From positions 1 through 64,000 of the forward strand of contig CAXXVS010000003.1 in assembly GCA_963674755.2 (NCBI GenBank): a stretch of DNA of 64,000 nucleotides. Direction: 5' to 3'. Shown one piece after another: positions 53,249 through 63,384 of this stretch. The position numbers and the translations under genes were made by a program. Numbering within the stretch: the first letter of the stretch is position 1; each line of letters begins with the position of its first letter. Below the pieces are notes generated by a model. The model had not been told where the DNA came from. It was given only the letters and a program-made list of their open reading frames with translations, and did no database searches. This stretch comes from Desulfobacterales bacterium. Its GTDB lineage: Bacteria > Desulfobacterota > Desulfobacteria > Desulfobacterales > UBA5852.

Positions 53249-54835
53249 ATGCCATTGAACAGGGACGCCATTTTCAAGAAGATCAAGACCGACACCTGGG
53301 ACCTGATCGTTATCGGCGGCGGCATTACCGGCGCCGGTATCCTGCGGGAAGCGGTCCGCCGCAAGGTCAAGACCCTGCTGGTGGAACAGCGCGATTTCGC
53401 CTGGGGCACCTCCAGCCGCTCCGGCCAGTTGGTGCATGGCGGCCTGCGCTATTTAAAGCAGGGGGATGTGAAGCTGACCTATCAGTCGGTGCGGGAACGC
53501 GAAATGCTGCTCAAAGAGCTTCCCGGGCTGGTAAACCCCTTCGGCATGATGATGGCCGTCTACAAAGGCAACCGGGGTCAGCGCCTGATCGCGCAGGCCG
53601 GTTTGCTGGTGTACGACATAATGAGCCGCCATTTCAGAAAGCACACCTATTCCGCCAAGCAAATGGCCGCGCGTTTTCCGGGCATCCGCCGACAAGGCCT
53701 GGAAGGGGGGCTTTTATTCTACGAATCCGTCACCGACGATGTCCGGCTCGTGCTGCGGGTGTTGCAGCAGGCGCAGGAAGAGGGCGGCCTGGCGGTGAAC
53801 TATTGCAAGGCGACCGGATTGCGGCAGGCAAACCATCGGGTGCGCGGCGTGACCCTGGAAGACGGGGTCACGGGGGAGAAGATCGATGTGCCCGCCAAAC
53901 AGGTGATCAATGCCACCGGGGCCTGGGTCGACACCCTGCGCGGGGAGGTGCGCAAAAAAAGTACTCGACACCTGCGGCCGCTGCGGGGGAGCCACCTGGT
54001 GTTTTCCGCCGAGCGGCTGCCCGTAAGCCAGAGCATCGTCATCACCCATCCCACCAGCGGCCGGCCCGGATTCATCTTCCCCTGGGAAGGCCGGGTCATT
54101 ACCGGCAATACGGATATCGATCATACCGGCCGCCTGGACGTGGAAGCCTCCGCCACGGCCGACGAGGTGGAATATCTTCTGGAAAACGTCCGGCACCACT
54201 TTCCGGATCGAAAGATTACCCGCCGGGATATCATAGCGTCCTTCTCCGGGGTCCGCCCGGTGGTGGGTTCGGGCAAGAAGGATCCCTCCAGGGAATCCCG
54301 GGACCATGTGGTCTGGCATGAAGACGGGCTGCTGTCCGTAACCGGCGGCAAATTGACCACCTTCCGGCTGATCGCCCTGGATGCCCTCAGAGCCGCCCAG
54401 CCCATGCTGGGGGCATTACCGGACCTCGATAAAAAACAGCGGATCTTTTCTCCGTTGGAACCTTGGCCCCCTGATGCCGGAAAGCTCGATGCGAAGACCC
54501 GGGGCCGGCTCCAAGGCCGCTACGGGAATCGGGCCGAATTGCTGATGGCTGCCGCCGAACCGGGCGAACTGGAAACCATTCCCGGGACGCGGACCCTGTG
54601 GGCGGAGCTGCGCTGGGCGGCGCAGCAAGAAGCCGTGGTGCACCTGGAAGACCTCATGCTGCGGCGAACCCGCATCGCTCTGCTGCTGGAAAACGGCGGC
54701 CGGGCAGTGCTGCCCCGCATAAGAACCATCTGCCAGCCGCTGCTCGGCTGGAGCGATGACCGCTGGCGCCGGGAGGAACAGTCTTACATGGAAACGTGGC
54801 AGCGGTTTTATGGGGTGCCGAATCGTCCTGGATAA
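53249..54835 (+). CDS. FAD-dependent glycerol-3-phosphate dehydrogenase (GlpD/GlpA-like)
   Basis: IGGGITGAG, GTSSRS, HGGLRYL, NATGAW, GVRP, GGKLTTFR. Confidence 0.9.
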   Translation: MPLNRDAIFKKIKTDTWDLIVIGGGITGAGILREAVRRKVKTLLVEQRDFAWGTSSRSGQLVHGGLRYLKQGDVKLTYQSVREREMLLKELPGLVNPFGMMMAVYKGNRGQRLIAQAGLLVYDIMSRHFRKHTYSAKQMAARFPGIRRQGLEGGLLFYESVTDDVRLVLRVLQQAQEEGGLAVNYCKATGLRQANHRVRGVTLEDGVTGEKIDVPAKQVINATGAWVDTLRGEVRKKSTRHLRPLRGSHLVFSAERLPVSQSIVITHPTSGRPGFIFPWEGRVITGNTDIDHTGRLDVEASATADEVEYLLENVRHHFPDRKITRRDIIASFSGVRPVVGSGKKDPSRESRDHVVWHEDGLLSVTGGKLTTFRLIALDALRAAQPMLGALPDLDKKQRIFSPLEPWPPDAGKLDAKTRGRLQGRYGNRAELLMAAAEPGELETIPGTRTLWAELRWAAQQEAVVHLEDLMLRRTRIALLLENGGRAVLPRIRTICQPLLGWSDDRWRREEQSYMETWQRFYGVPNRPG

Positions 54836-54930
54836 GGTTGATGAGCGTCGGATAGCCTGTCATATTAAGGGACCTTGGCCCGGGGGAAATCGGCCTGTCG
54901 GGCACCTTCGTTGTCATCAGGGATAAGACC

Positions 54931-55371
54931 ATGTTGAAAAAGATCGATCATGTCAATGTCGTCGTAAGCGATCTGGCGCGTGCCAGGGATTTCTTCTGCA
55001 AACTGGGGTTTATCGTGATCCATACCGGCGATCTGGAGGGCGAATGGATTTCGGCCGTCGTCGGCCTGGCCGACGTGCGGGCCTCCTATGTCCAGCTGGC
55101 CCTGGGCCAAACCGATTGCCGGCTGGAACTCCTCGCCTTCGAGAGCCCGCCCTCACCCCCCGCCCCCCTTGAAAACCGACCCCATCACCTCGGCATCCGG
55201 CATCTGGCCTTCGCGGTGGACGACATCGAAGCGCTGGTGGCCGACTTAAAGGACGACGGCATCGCCCTTTTCAGCGAGGTGGGAACTTACCCGGCCACCG
55301 GCAAGAAGCTAGTCTATTTCTATGGACCGGAAGGAATCATTCTGGAGTTTGCCCAGTACCAAGCGGAGTGA
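54931..55371 (+). CDS. VOC/glyoxalase family protein
   Basis: IDHVNVVVSDL, RHLAFAVDDI, GPEGIILEF. Confidence 0.88.
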   Translation: MLKKIDHVNVVVSDLARARDFFCKLGFIVIHTGDLEGEWISAVVGLADVRASYVQLALGQTDCRLELLAFESPPSPPAPLENRPHHLGIRHLAFAVDDIEALVADLKDDGIALFSEVGTYPATGKKLVYFYGPEGIILEFAQYQAE

Positions 55372-55577
55372 ACCTGCACTTGTCCGCCTGACGCCGCTAA
55401 AGTGCAGCGGTTGCCGCCTGGCCCCATTTCTTCGTTGTCCGCCCGGCTTCCCCAGGGGTGTGCAATGGGGCTAAACAACCCACGGGACATGACAACCAGG
55501 GCATCCGGACCCCCTTTCGTCATTTGGCCGGGGCTGGTGCTGGGAGAAACCATCAGGCGCCGAAATCAATAGGCCGC

Positions 55578-56381
55578 TTAGACCGCAGCCCTGCAAATCG
55601 ACGAGAAGTATGTCAGATAGCGGGCCAGAGCCACGGTAGGGAACCGATCCAGTTCGGGAGGAATGGCGGCGGTGACACGGCTGGCGATGCTGAACCCCTC
55701 CTGCCGGTAATACTGATGGTAAACCTTTATCTTGGCAATGTAGCGGTGGGTCGCTTTGAAAGGCGGGATGCCGTGATGACGGCGCACATGGCGGCTGCCG
55801 GCGTTGTAGGCGGCCAGCGCCAGTTCGAGGTTCCCGTGGAAACGCAGGAGCAGCCGTTTCAGATAGCGGGTGCCCCCCTGAATATTGGCCTGGGGATCCA
55901 GGGGATCCGCGACTTTCAGCGCTCGGGCGGTTGGCGGCATCAACTGCATGAGCCCCTGCGCGCCGGCATAGCTGATGGCCTGGGGATTGAATCCGGACTC
56001 GGCCATGATCACGGCCTTGATGACGGCCGGATCGATGCCGTAGTCGTGTGCGGCTTTCAGGATGATGGCGTCGTAAACATAGTCCCCTGTTTTGCCCCGA
56101 AAGGGCGCCATGTCGGACGACCGGGCCGGAGGTGTCTGCCAAAGGGTTCCTGAGCGGTCGCGGACGTTTGACAGAGACGCATCCGGTCCTGTTCCGGGAT
56201 CAGCGCCGGTGGCGCCTTGAACAGCGGCTTTGGGGGATAGACCGGGGGAGGGTATCTGCTTAATAACGGTTGACTGTGAGGTGCTCGAAATCACCATCGT
56301 CACGTAGGCAAATGCGGCGAGTGCCAACAGAGCGACGGTCAGGGCCTGGCGTCCGATGGACTGTAGTGTTGTACGGGTCAT
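55578..56381 (-). CDS. Membrane-anchored SLT-domain lytic transglycosylase
   Basis: N-terminal TM, AESGF, GAQGLMQLMP, ALAAYNAG; RBS aggagg. Confidence 0.92.
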   Translation of the reverse strand: MTRTTLQSIGRQALTVALLALAAFAYVTMVISSTSQSTVIKQIPSPGLSPKAAVQGATGADPGTGPDASLSNVRDRSGTLWQTPPARSSDMAPFRGKTGDYVYDAIILKAAHDYGIDPAVIKAVIMAESGFNPQAISYAGAQGLMQLMPPTARALKVADPLDPQANIQGGTRYLKRLLLRFHGNLELALAAYNAGSRHVRRHHGIPPFKATHRYIAKIKVYHQYYRQEGFSIASRVTAAIPPELDRFPTVALARYLTYFSSICRAAV

Positions 56382-56415
56382 GGCGAGCCTCCTGAAACAT
56401 GTTTACCGACAGCGT

Positions 56416-56431
56416 ATCAAGAGGTATGCCA
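56416..56431 (-). promoter_or_regulatory. Sigma54 (-24/-12) promoter of the SLT gene
   Basis: Minus strand TGGCATACCTCTTGAT (GG-N10-GA; one deviation at the -12 C). Confidence 0.6.
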
Positions 56432-56495
56432 GTATTTTAACACATTGAATATTATACAAATTATCTATACAGCGCGTGTTTTAGAAGTGGGCCGG

Positions 56496-56543
56496 CGATC
56501 AATCTGATAGGCTTTTCGTCACATGATCGATCAATTTGATAGG
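56496..56543. promoter_or_regulatory. Tandem putative activator binding sites
   Basis: cgatcaatctgatagg (56496-56511) and cgatcaatttgatagg (56528-56543), 32 bp apart. Confidence 0.65.
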
Positions 56544-56546
56544 ATT

Positions 56547-57911
<1,365 letters not shown>

Positions 57912-57954
57912 GGAGGCCAATGTAATGGAAAGCCGCCTGAAAGACAATGCATTT

Positions 57955-57969
57955 CTATCATTTTGATAG
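57955..57969. promoter_or_regulatory. Third copy of the activator motif, upstream of the regulator
   Basis: Perfect palindrome CTATCA-ttt-TGATAG. Confidence 0.55.
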
Positions 57970-58120
57970 CTCCACCTCCCTGATATAGCGCCGGTCAAAA
58001 CGGAATGATTTGCGCTGAACAGTGCGCTAAATCAGTTGAATTCCCTGTGTTATCGTGCCATGCATAGAAAGTCGACAAGGGCCAAAGGCTCCACTCGTTT
58101 GGCATGACGCGAAAGGAAGT

Positions 58121-58702
58121 ATGCATTTTCACATGCTAAAAAAAACGCTCCGCGTTCTCATGGTCATATTCTGCATGCTGGGCTGTGGAACCGCACTGGC
58201 CGACATCTATAAATGCATTGACGCCGGCGGCACCCTTACTTACTCCGATGAGGGATGTCCGGAAAATACCCGGCAGTTGGAGCGGGTAGCTGAAACACCC
58301 CCGGCCGACGGCAAGAACCTGCGGCCGAAAGTCCCGCTTAAAGATCGGTTGAGCCGTTTGCGCCACGCCGGGGATTATGTCCGATCTATATCCCTCGATG
58401 CCGTGCTGGGAATCTACGGCCTGATGAGCGTGGTTTGCTTTATCGCCTATTACCGGGACAAGCGCAAAGCGCTCCGCCGCCAATGGCGCATACCGGAAGC
58501 GACGCTTCACCTGATCGAACTGCTGGGGGGCTGGCCCGGCGGCCTGCTGGCCCAATGGGTCCTGCGGCACAAAATCAAAAAAGTATCTTACCAGCTGATC
58601 TTTTGGTCGATCGTCCTGCTGCATAGCCTGGTCTGGGCCGATGTTCTCCTCGGCCACCGGATGTCGCGGGCGGTTTGGGAACCTATCCACCGGATGTTTT
58701 GA
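58121..58702 (+). CDS. DUF4124-like plus DUF1294 membrane protein
   Basis: Signal/TM then ADIYKCIDAGGTLTYSD; C-terminal DKRKA...WRIPEATLH...GGWPG...RHK. Confidence 0.78.
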   Translation: MHFHMLKKTLRVLMVIFCMLGCGTALADIYKCIDAGGTLTYSDEGCPENTRQLERVAETPPADGKNLRPKVPLKDRLSRLRHAGDYVRSISLDAVLGIYGLMSVVCFIAYYRDKRKALRRQWRIPEATLHLIELLGGWPGGLLAQWVLRHKIKKVSYQLIFWSIVLLHSLVWADVLLGHRMSRAVWEPIHRMF

Positions 58703-58844
58703 GCATCAAACCAGGCGGCCTTGGCAGCCCAGCCGCGCGCCGTGGCGACTCCGATCGCGTTGGTTGTGGAAATTCTGCCGGGCGGTCAGCGCTCATTCGG
58801 ATTGGGGGAAAATGGCTTTTGACCCTGAAAAAGGAAGTGCTTCC

Positions 58845-59330
58845 ATGCATGGCACCTTTCTACATCGGCAACAGATGAAAAGGGCCGTTTTAACAGGTCT
58901 CGCCATTGGTCTGATGCTCTGGTGGAGTCCCGGCCTGCGGGCTGAGAAACTGATCTTTTTTGTGGACGCCGTCCGTGAAAACCACATCGACGACGTCAAA
59001 GACCTTCTCAGCAGTGGCGCGGACGTGAATGCCAAAGACATGTTCGGCGGCAACACCGGCCTGCACTGGGCCGCCCGTCTGGGGCTGGCCGAGATGGCCC
59101 GGCTGTTGATCGAAAACGGGGCCAACCCCAACCTCTGCAATGACGACAACGAGACCCCCCTCCATTGGGCGGCCCGGGAAGGACAAAAAGAGCTTCTTGT
59201 GATCCTGATCGCCCACGGGGCCAAGGTCAACACCGTGGACAAGATCGGCTGGACGCCCTTGCGCTGGGCGGAAGCCCAGAGACACGACAACATCGCCCGC
59301 ATCCTGGTGGCCGCCGGCGCCAAGCGTTAG
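58845..59330 (+). CDS. Exported ankyrin-repeat protein
   Basis: Signal-like N-terminus; GNTGLHWAA, ETPLHWAA, WTPLRWA repeats. Confidence 0.88.
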   Translation: MHGTFLHRQQMKRAVLTGLAIGLMLWWSPGLRAEKLIFFVDAVRENHIDDVKDLLSSGADVNAKDMFGGNTGLHWAARLGLAEMARLLIENGANPNLCNDDNETPLHWAAREGQKELLVILIAHGAKVNTVDKIGWTPLRWAEAQRHDNIARILVAAGAKR

Positions 59331-59374
59331 CCCCCGAGGAGACCCGGTACACCCCATGGCCGCCTTGTCCGCCA

Positions 59375-59857
59375 TCAGGTAAACCGCTTGTCCGCGCGGG
59401 TTTGCTTAACCGCCGCACCTGACTTGGCAAGCCATCCCAGCTTTTCCGGTTGCCGATGGTCGAAGCTCGGGACATAGGGCTTGATGTCCAGCAGCGGCGT
59501 GCCGCTCACAATATCGAGATCTTCAACTTCAAGGGTGGTGCCCCGGATTTCCAGCAGCCGGACGATCGAAATGCCGATGGGGTTGGGATGGTTGGGGGAC
59601 CGGGTGGCAAAAACTCCCCTGGGGGTGGTGTCCAGGAAGGGGGTCACCACGAGCTGCGAATCGCGGGTCAAGTGAAAGTGGTAAATTAAAAAGAGATGCG
59701 AGAAGCCGTCCAGGTCCTGAAGCCCCGGCTTATATTCCTCGAATACCCGAATATGGCCGCGAACCCCCGCTCCTCCGGACGCCTGGATCGGCATCCCCTC
59801 CCGGTCCTTAAAGGGGGTTTCGATAATCCCGATGGACTTATAATAAATGGATTCCAT
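59375..59857 (-). CDS. tsaA: tRNA m6t6A37 methyltransferase TrmO/TsaA
   Basis: IGIIETPF, GVFATRSPNHPNPIG, GTPLLDIKPY. Confidence 0.9.
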   Translation of the reverse strand: MESIYYKSIGIIETPFKDREGMPIQASGGAGVRGHIRVFEEYKPGLQDLDGFSHLFLIYHFHLTRDSQLVVTPFLDTTPRGVFATRSPNHPNPIGISIVRLLEIRGTTLEVEDLDIVSGTPLLDIKPYVPSFDHRQPEKLGWLAKSGAAVKQTRADKRFT

Positions 59858-60088
59858 AAATAGTCTCTTCCGTGAGGAGGTTAGCAGACACCGCCCCCAA
59901 AAAACGTGGCGCGGACGAACGACGGCGCAGGGAAATTTCCGATTTTACTCACTACGGCAATGCCCCCTGCGGAAAATATTCTATGCGACCGACCCATTGG
60001 TTGCAATGGGCTTTGTCGACGCCTTGACTTCGGGCAGGCGATGGGGGAGCGCTTGTTGATGCTGGTATCGGATAGTGGGGGAGCGGGA

Positions 60089-60379
60089 TCAGTCTTTTTC
60101 CGAAAGGCCTTCCCGTATCATTTTCGCAGCGATGCCGTCACTGTCGATCTGATAGCGCCCCTCAGCAAGGCGGGTTTTGATCTCCGCGACCTTATCTTCA
60201 CGGATATCGGGCAGGGCCGCCAATGCCTGCTGAGCTTTGATCAGCTCCCGGGCTTGTGGTGACAGCGAAACCTTATCGCCCGGCTGACCCGCGGAGTTTC
60301 TTTTCGCAGAGGCTTCGGCGACGGAATTCTTGGAGATCTTTACAATGGTACTTGCCGCTTGATGTTCGCCAATTTTCAT
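60089..60379 (-). CDS. flgM: Anti-sigma28 factor FlgM
   Basis: MKI start, DKVSLS, PDIREDKVAEIK...GRYQID...IAAKMI. Confidence 0.88.
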   Translation of the reverse strand: MKIGEHQAASTIVKISKNSVAEASAKRNSAGQPGDKVSLSPQARELIKAQQALAALPDIREDKVAEIKTRLAEGRYQIDSDGIAAKMIREGLSEKD

Positions 60380-60402
60380 ATATTGAGTTCCCTTATGACG
60401 CT

Positions 60403-60430
60403 ATTATACGTTTTTAAAACCTGATTGCAA
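60403..60430 (-). promoter_or_regulatory. Sigma70-like promoter of flgM
   Basis: Minus strand TTGCAA-N16-TATAAT. Confidence 0.55.
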
Positions 60431-60528
60431 GCCTCTGGTGCCGACGCTCCGGTCAGCCAGCGAGGCCTTCGGGTTGTCGGTTGTGAAAAAGGCCTTGACG
60501 GCCCAAAATCGCGTCTTATTGTGAAAAA

Positions 60529-60665
60529 AGGAAACAGCACGCTGTTTCCTGTCCTTTCTCCAACAAAATGAAAACCGGTACCCTGCCATCGTCACCGGTT
60601 TTCACAAGTCCTAATACCTCCTGCTCGACCAGCCGGGAAGTTGCCCGCTTCCCGGCTGTTTTTTT
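60529..60665 (+). ncRNA. Candidate small RNA, ~137 nt
   Basis: TTGACG-N16-TATTGT upstream; three perfect inverted repeats, the last followed by T7; CU-rich linkers. Confidence 0.55.
60630..60665 (+). terminator. Intrinsic terminator
   Basis: cagccgggaag-ttgcccg-cttcccggctg-ttttttt. Confidence 0.85.
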
Positions 60666-60728
60666 GTTATTCCTCAGGTTGGTTTTCCAAAACCATTATC
60701 TGCGACCGTCAAAAGGAGGCCCCTAAAA

Positions 60729-61712
60729 ATGAAAGCCATTGTTGTCCGATCCAGCCAGGACGTCGTCGACCTATCCTGGGAGGATGTATCCGATCCCGAG
60801 CCGGGGCCGGATGAGGTTTTGCTGGATATCCATGCCACAGCCGTCAACCGCGCCGATCTCTTGCAGGCCCGGGGACTCTACCCGCCACCGCCCGAGGATT
60901 CCCCTATCCTTGGATTGGAAGTCGCCGGGCAAATCAAGTCGGTCGGCTCAAGGGTCGTGGCCTGGAAGCCGGGTGACCGTGTCTGCAGTTTGGCCCTAGG
61001 CGGAGGATATGCCGAGCAGACCGTCCTTCCCGAGGGGCTTCTGATCCCCCTCCCGAAAGATTGGACCTATGTGATGGGAGCCGCCGTACCGGAAGTCTGG
61101 CTGACGGCCTATTCCAACCTCTGCCGGGAAGGCGCCTTGCAGACCGGCCAAACCGTCCTGATCCACGCCGGTGCCAGCGGTGTCGGCACCGCAGCCATCC
61201 AGCTTGCTCGCGAATGGGGTGCGCAGGTCATCGTCACCGGGGGATCAGCGAAGAAATTGGCGCGCTGCCGCGAACTCGGCGCGTCCGGGGCCATCAACTA
61301 TCATGAAGAAAATTTTGCGGAAGCCGTGATGTCTCTGACCGAACACCAGGGGGTCGATCTGATCCTGGATTGTGTCGGCGGATCTTATCTGGGAAAGAAT
61401 ATCGCCGTTCTCAAACCGTACGGGCGCCTGATCACCATCGGTCTGATGGGGGGCACCAAGGGCACACTGGATTTAGCTGCTGTGCTGATGAAAAGCCTGA
61501 CGCTGAAAGGAACACGGCTGCGGGCGCGCTCGCGGGAGGAAAAAGCAGATATCACCCATCAATTCCGGGATCGGGTCTGGCCGCTCATGGTCGCCGGCAA
61601 GATCTACCCGATCGTGGACCATGTTTTCCCGATTGCCGATGCCGGCCAAGCCCATGAATACGTTAAGAAAAACAAGAATATTGGAAAAGTGGTCCTGAAC
61701 GTGCGTGCGTGA
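60729..61712 (+). CDS. NAD(P)H:quinone oxidoreductase (PIG3 family)
   Basis: VNRADLLQ, GLYPPPP, LGLEVAG, HAGASGVG, NIGKVVL; RBS aggagg. Confidence 0.92.
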   Translation: MKAIVVRSSQDVVDLSWEDVSDPEPGPDEVLLDIHATAVNRADLLQARGLYPPPPEDSPILGLEVAGQIKSVGSRVVAWKPGDRVCSLALGGGYAEQTVLPEGLLIPLPKDWTYVMGAAVPEVWLTAYSNLCREGALQTGQTVLIHAGASGVGTAAIQLAREWGAQVIVTGGSAKKLARCRELGASGAINYHEENFAEAVMSLTEHQGVDLILDCVGGSYLGKNIAVLKPYGRLITIGLMGGTKGTLDLAAVLMKSLTLKGTRLRARSREEKADITHQFRDRVWPLMVAGKIYPIVDHVFPIADAGQAHEYVKKNKNIGKVVLNVRA

Positions 61713-61803
61713 GGAATAATGCCTCTAAAAGGCGAGAAAGCCCTTCGATGCCGTTTATCCCCTGCAAGACGGGAACCCGGCAGTGGCAGTAGCAGAAAAG
61801 CCG

Positions 61804-63060
61804 TCAGCCCGAAGCATGGCGCTTGAAAACGACTGTCGCGTTATGACCTCCAAATCCGAAGGTATTGCTTAACGCCATTTTAACAATGCGTTCCTGGGCC
61901 TTGTTGAAAGTAAAGTTGAGCCCGGCATCGATGCGCGCGTCATCCGTAAAATGGTTGATGGTGGGCGGCACCTTCTGATGTTGAATGGCCAGAATACAGG
62001 CGATGGCCTCAATCGCCCCGGCCGCACCCAAAAGATGGCCGGTCATGGATTTGGTGGAGCTGATGTTCAGCTGCTCCGCATGCTCACCGAATACCCGACG
62101 GATGGCCAAGGCCTCGCTGAGGTCGCCAAGGGGGGTGGATGTTCCATGGGCGTTGATATAATCAATTGCTTGCGGCTGGATGCCGGCCTGTTGCAGGGCA
62201 TTGCGCATCACCTTTTCCGCCCCGAGCCCTTCCGGATGGGGGGCGGTAATGTGATAGGCATCAGCGGACATCCCCCCCCCCACAATCTCGGCATAAATAC
62301 GGGCGCCGCGTTTGCGGGCGTGGGTTTCGGCCTCCAGCACCAATGCACCGGCCCCCTCGCCGATGACAAACCCATCACGATCCTGGTCAAAAGGCCGGGA
62401 CGCTTTTTCAGGCGCATCATTGCGTACGGAAATGGCTTTCATCGAACCGAACCCGCCCAGTCCGCTTTCTGTTACAGGCGCTTCAGAGCCGCCAGTAATA
62501 AACAGATCAGCGTAGCCGGCCCGGATGTATGTGTAAGCGTCCAGTATCGCATTGGTCGAGGATGCGCAGGCGGATACGGTTGCGAAATTAGGCCCGCGAA
62601 ACCCAAAGCGAATCGACAAATGGCCGGCGGCGATGTCGGCAATCATCTTGGGGACGAAAAAGGGGCTGAAGCGGGGACGTCCATCACCCTGAGCGTATTT
62701 GGCCACCTCCTCTTGAAAAGTTTGCAACCCGCCGATCCCCGACCCCCAAATAACACCGGCACGATCCTGATCCAGTCGATCCAAGTTCAAGCCGGCGTCG
62801 CGAACAGCCTCATCGGCAACCACCAGGGCGTATTGGGTGTAGGCATCCATTTTGCGCGCTTCTTTGGGCCCGAAGATATCTTCACCGTCATACCCTTTGA
62901 TTTCACAGGCAAACCGTGTTTTGAAACGCTGCGCATCAAATCGTGTAATGGGGGCGGCACCACTGCGGCCCGCCAGCAGACCACGCCAATAATCTTGAAG
63001 GGAATTGCCGATGGCTGTCAAGGCACCCATCCCCGTTACCACCACTCGCCGAGGTTCCAT
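61804..63060 (-). CDS. fabF: Beta-ketoacyl-ACP synthase II
   Basis: RVVVTG, SACAS, NAHGTST, KSMTGHLLGAAG, NTFGFGGHN. Confidence 0.95.
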   Translation of the reverse strand: MEPRRVVVTGMGALTAIGNSLQDYWRGLLAGRSGAAPITRFDAQRFKTRFACEIKGYDGEDIFGPKEARKMDAYTQYALVVADEAVRDAGLNLDRLDQDRAGVIWGSGIGGLQTFQEEVAKYAQGDGRPRFSPFFVPKMIADIAAGHLSIRFGFRGPNFATVSACASSTNAILDAYTYIRAGYADLFITGGSEAPVTESGLGGFGSMKAISVRNDAPEKASRPFDQDRDGFVIGEGAGALVLEAETHARKRGARIYAEIVGGGMSADAYHITAPHPEGLGAEKVMRNALQQAGIQPQAIDYINAHGTSTPLGDLSEALAIRRVFGEHAEQLNISSTKSMTGHLLGAAGAIEAIACILAIQHQKVPPTINHFTDDARIDAGLNFTFNKAQERIVKMALSNTFGFGGHNATVVFKRHASG

Positions 63061-63071
63061 AAGCGTATCCT

Positions 63072-63335
63072 TCAACACTTGAAGGGGTAAAAATGATGAT
63101 AGCAGTAGGATCCGATGTCGCCGTACAGGATTTCCGTTTCGGCCATACACTCCCCGATCATGCCTTGCGATACTTCGGCATAATCCGCTTTCTGCTCTTC
63201 AGCTTTCTTACAGTCCATACATATCGGCTGGTGCGTGAAGGACGATAGAATGCGGAGCTCCTTCGGAGCGATGGCTTTATGGCATTCATAGCACGCTGTG
63301 GCGCAGGATAGTCTTTCTTCCCAGTTGTCTTTCAT
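63072..63335 (-). CDS. Small Cys/His-rich hypothetical protein
   Basis: 87 aa with CATACYECH, CMDC, CYHH...C; RBS gagg. Confidence 0.72.
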   Translation of the reverse strand: MKDNWEERLSCATACYECHKAIAPKELRILSSFTHQPICMDCKKAEEQKADYAEVSQGMIGECMAETEILYGDIGSYCYHHFYPFKC

Positions 63336-63384
63336 CTCGTACCTCTTTGAAGGGCTGTTTTTCCCTGGCTTTTAAGTTAGAAGA

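Noticed and set aside
60474..60498. Sigma28 promoter for flgM (minus strand TCAAG...ACCGACAA)
   Set aside because: Spacer is 2 nt short and the -10 box has two mismatches
60568..60726. 52-codon ORF across the sRNA candidate
   Set aside because: No RBS and it runs through a strong terminator
63072..63335. c-type cytochrome based on CYECH
   Set aside because: No export signal and several additional Cys; metal-binding protein is more likely
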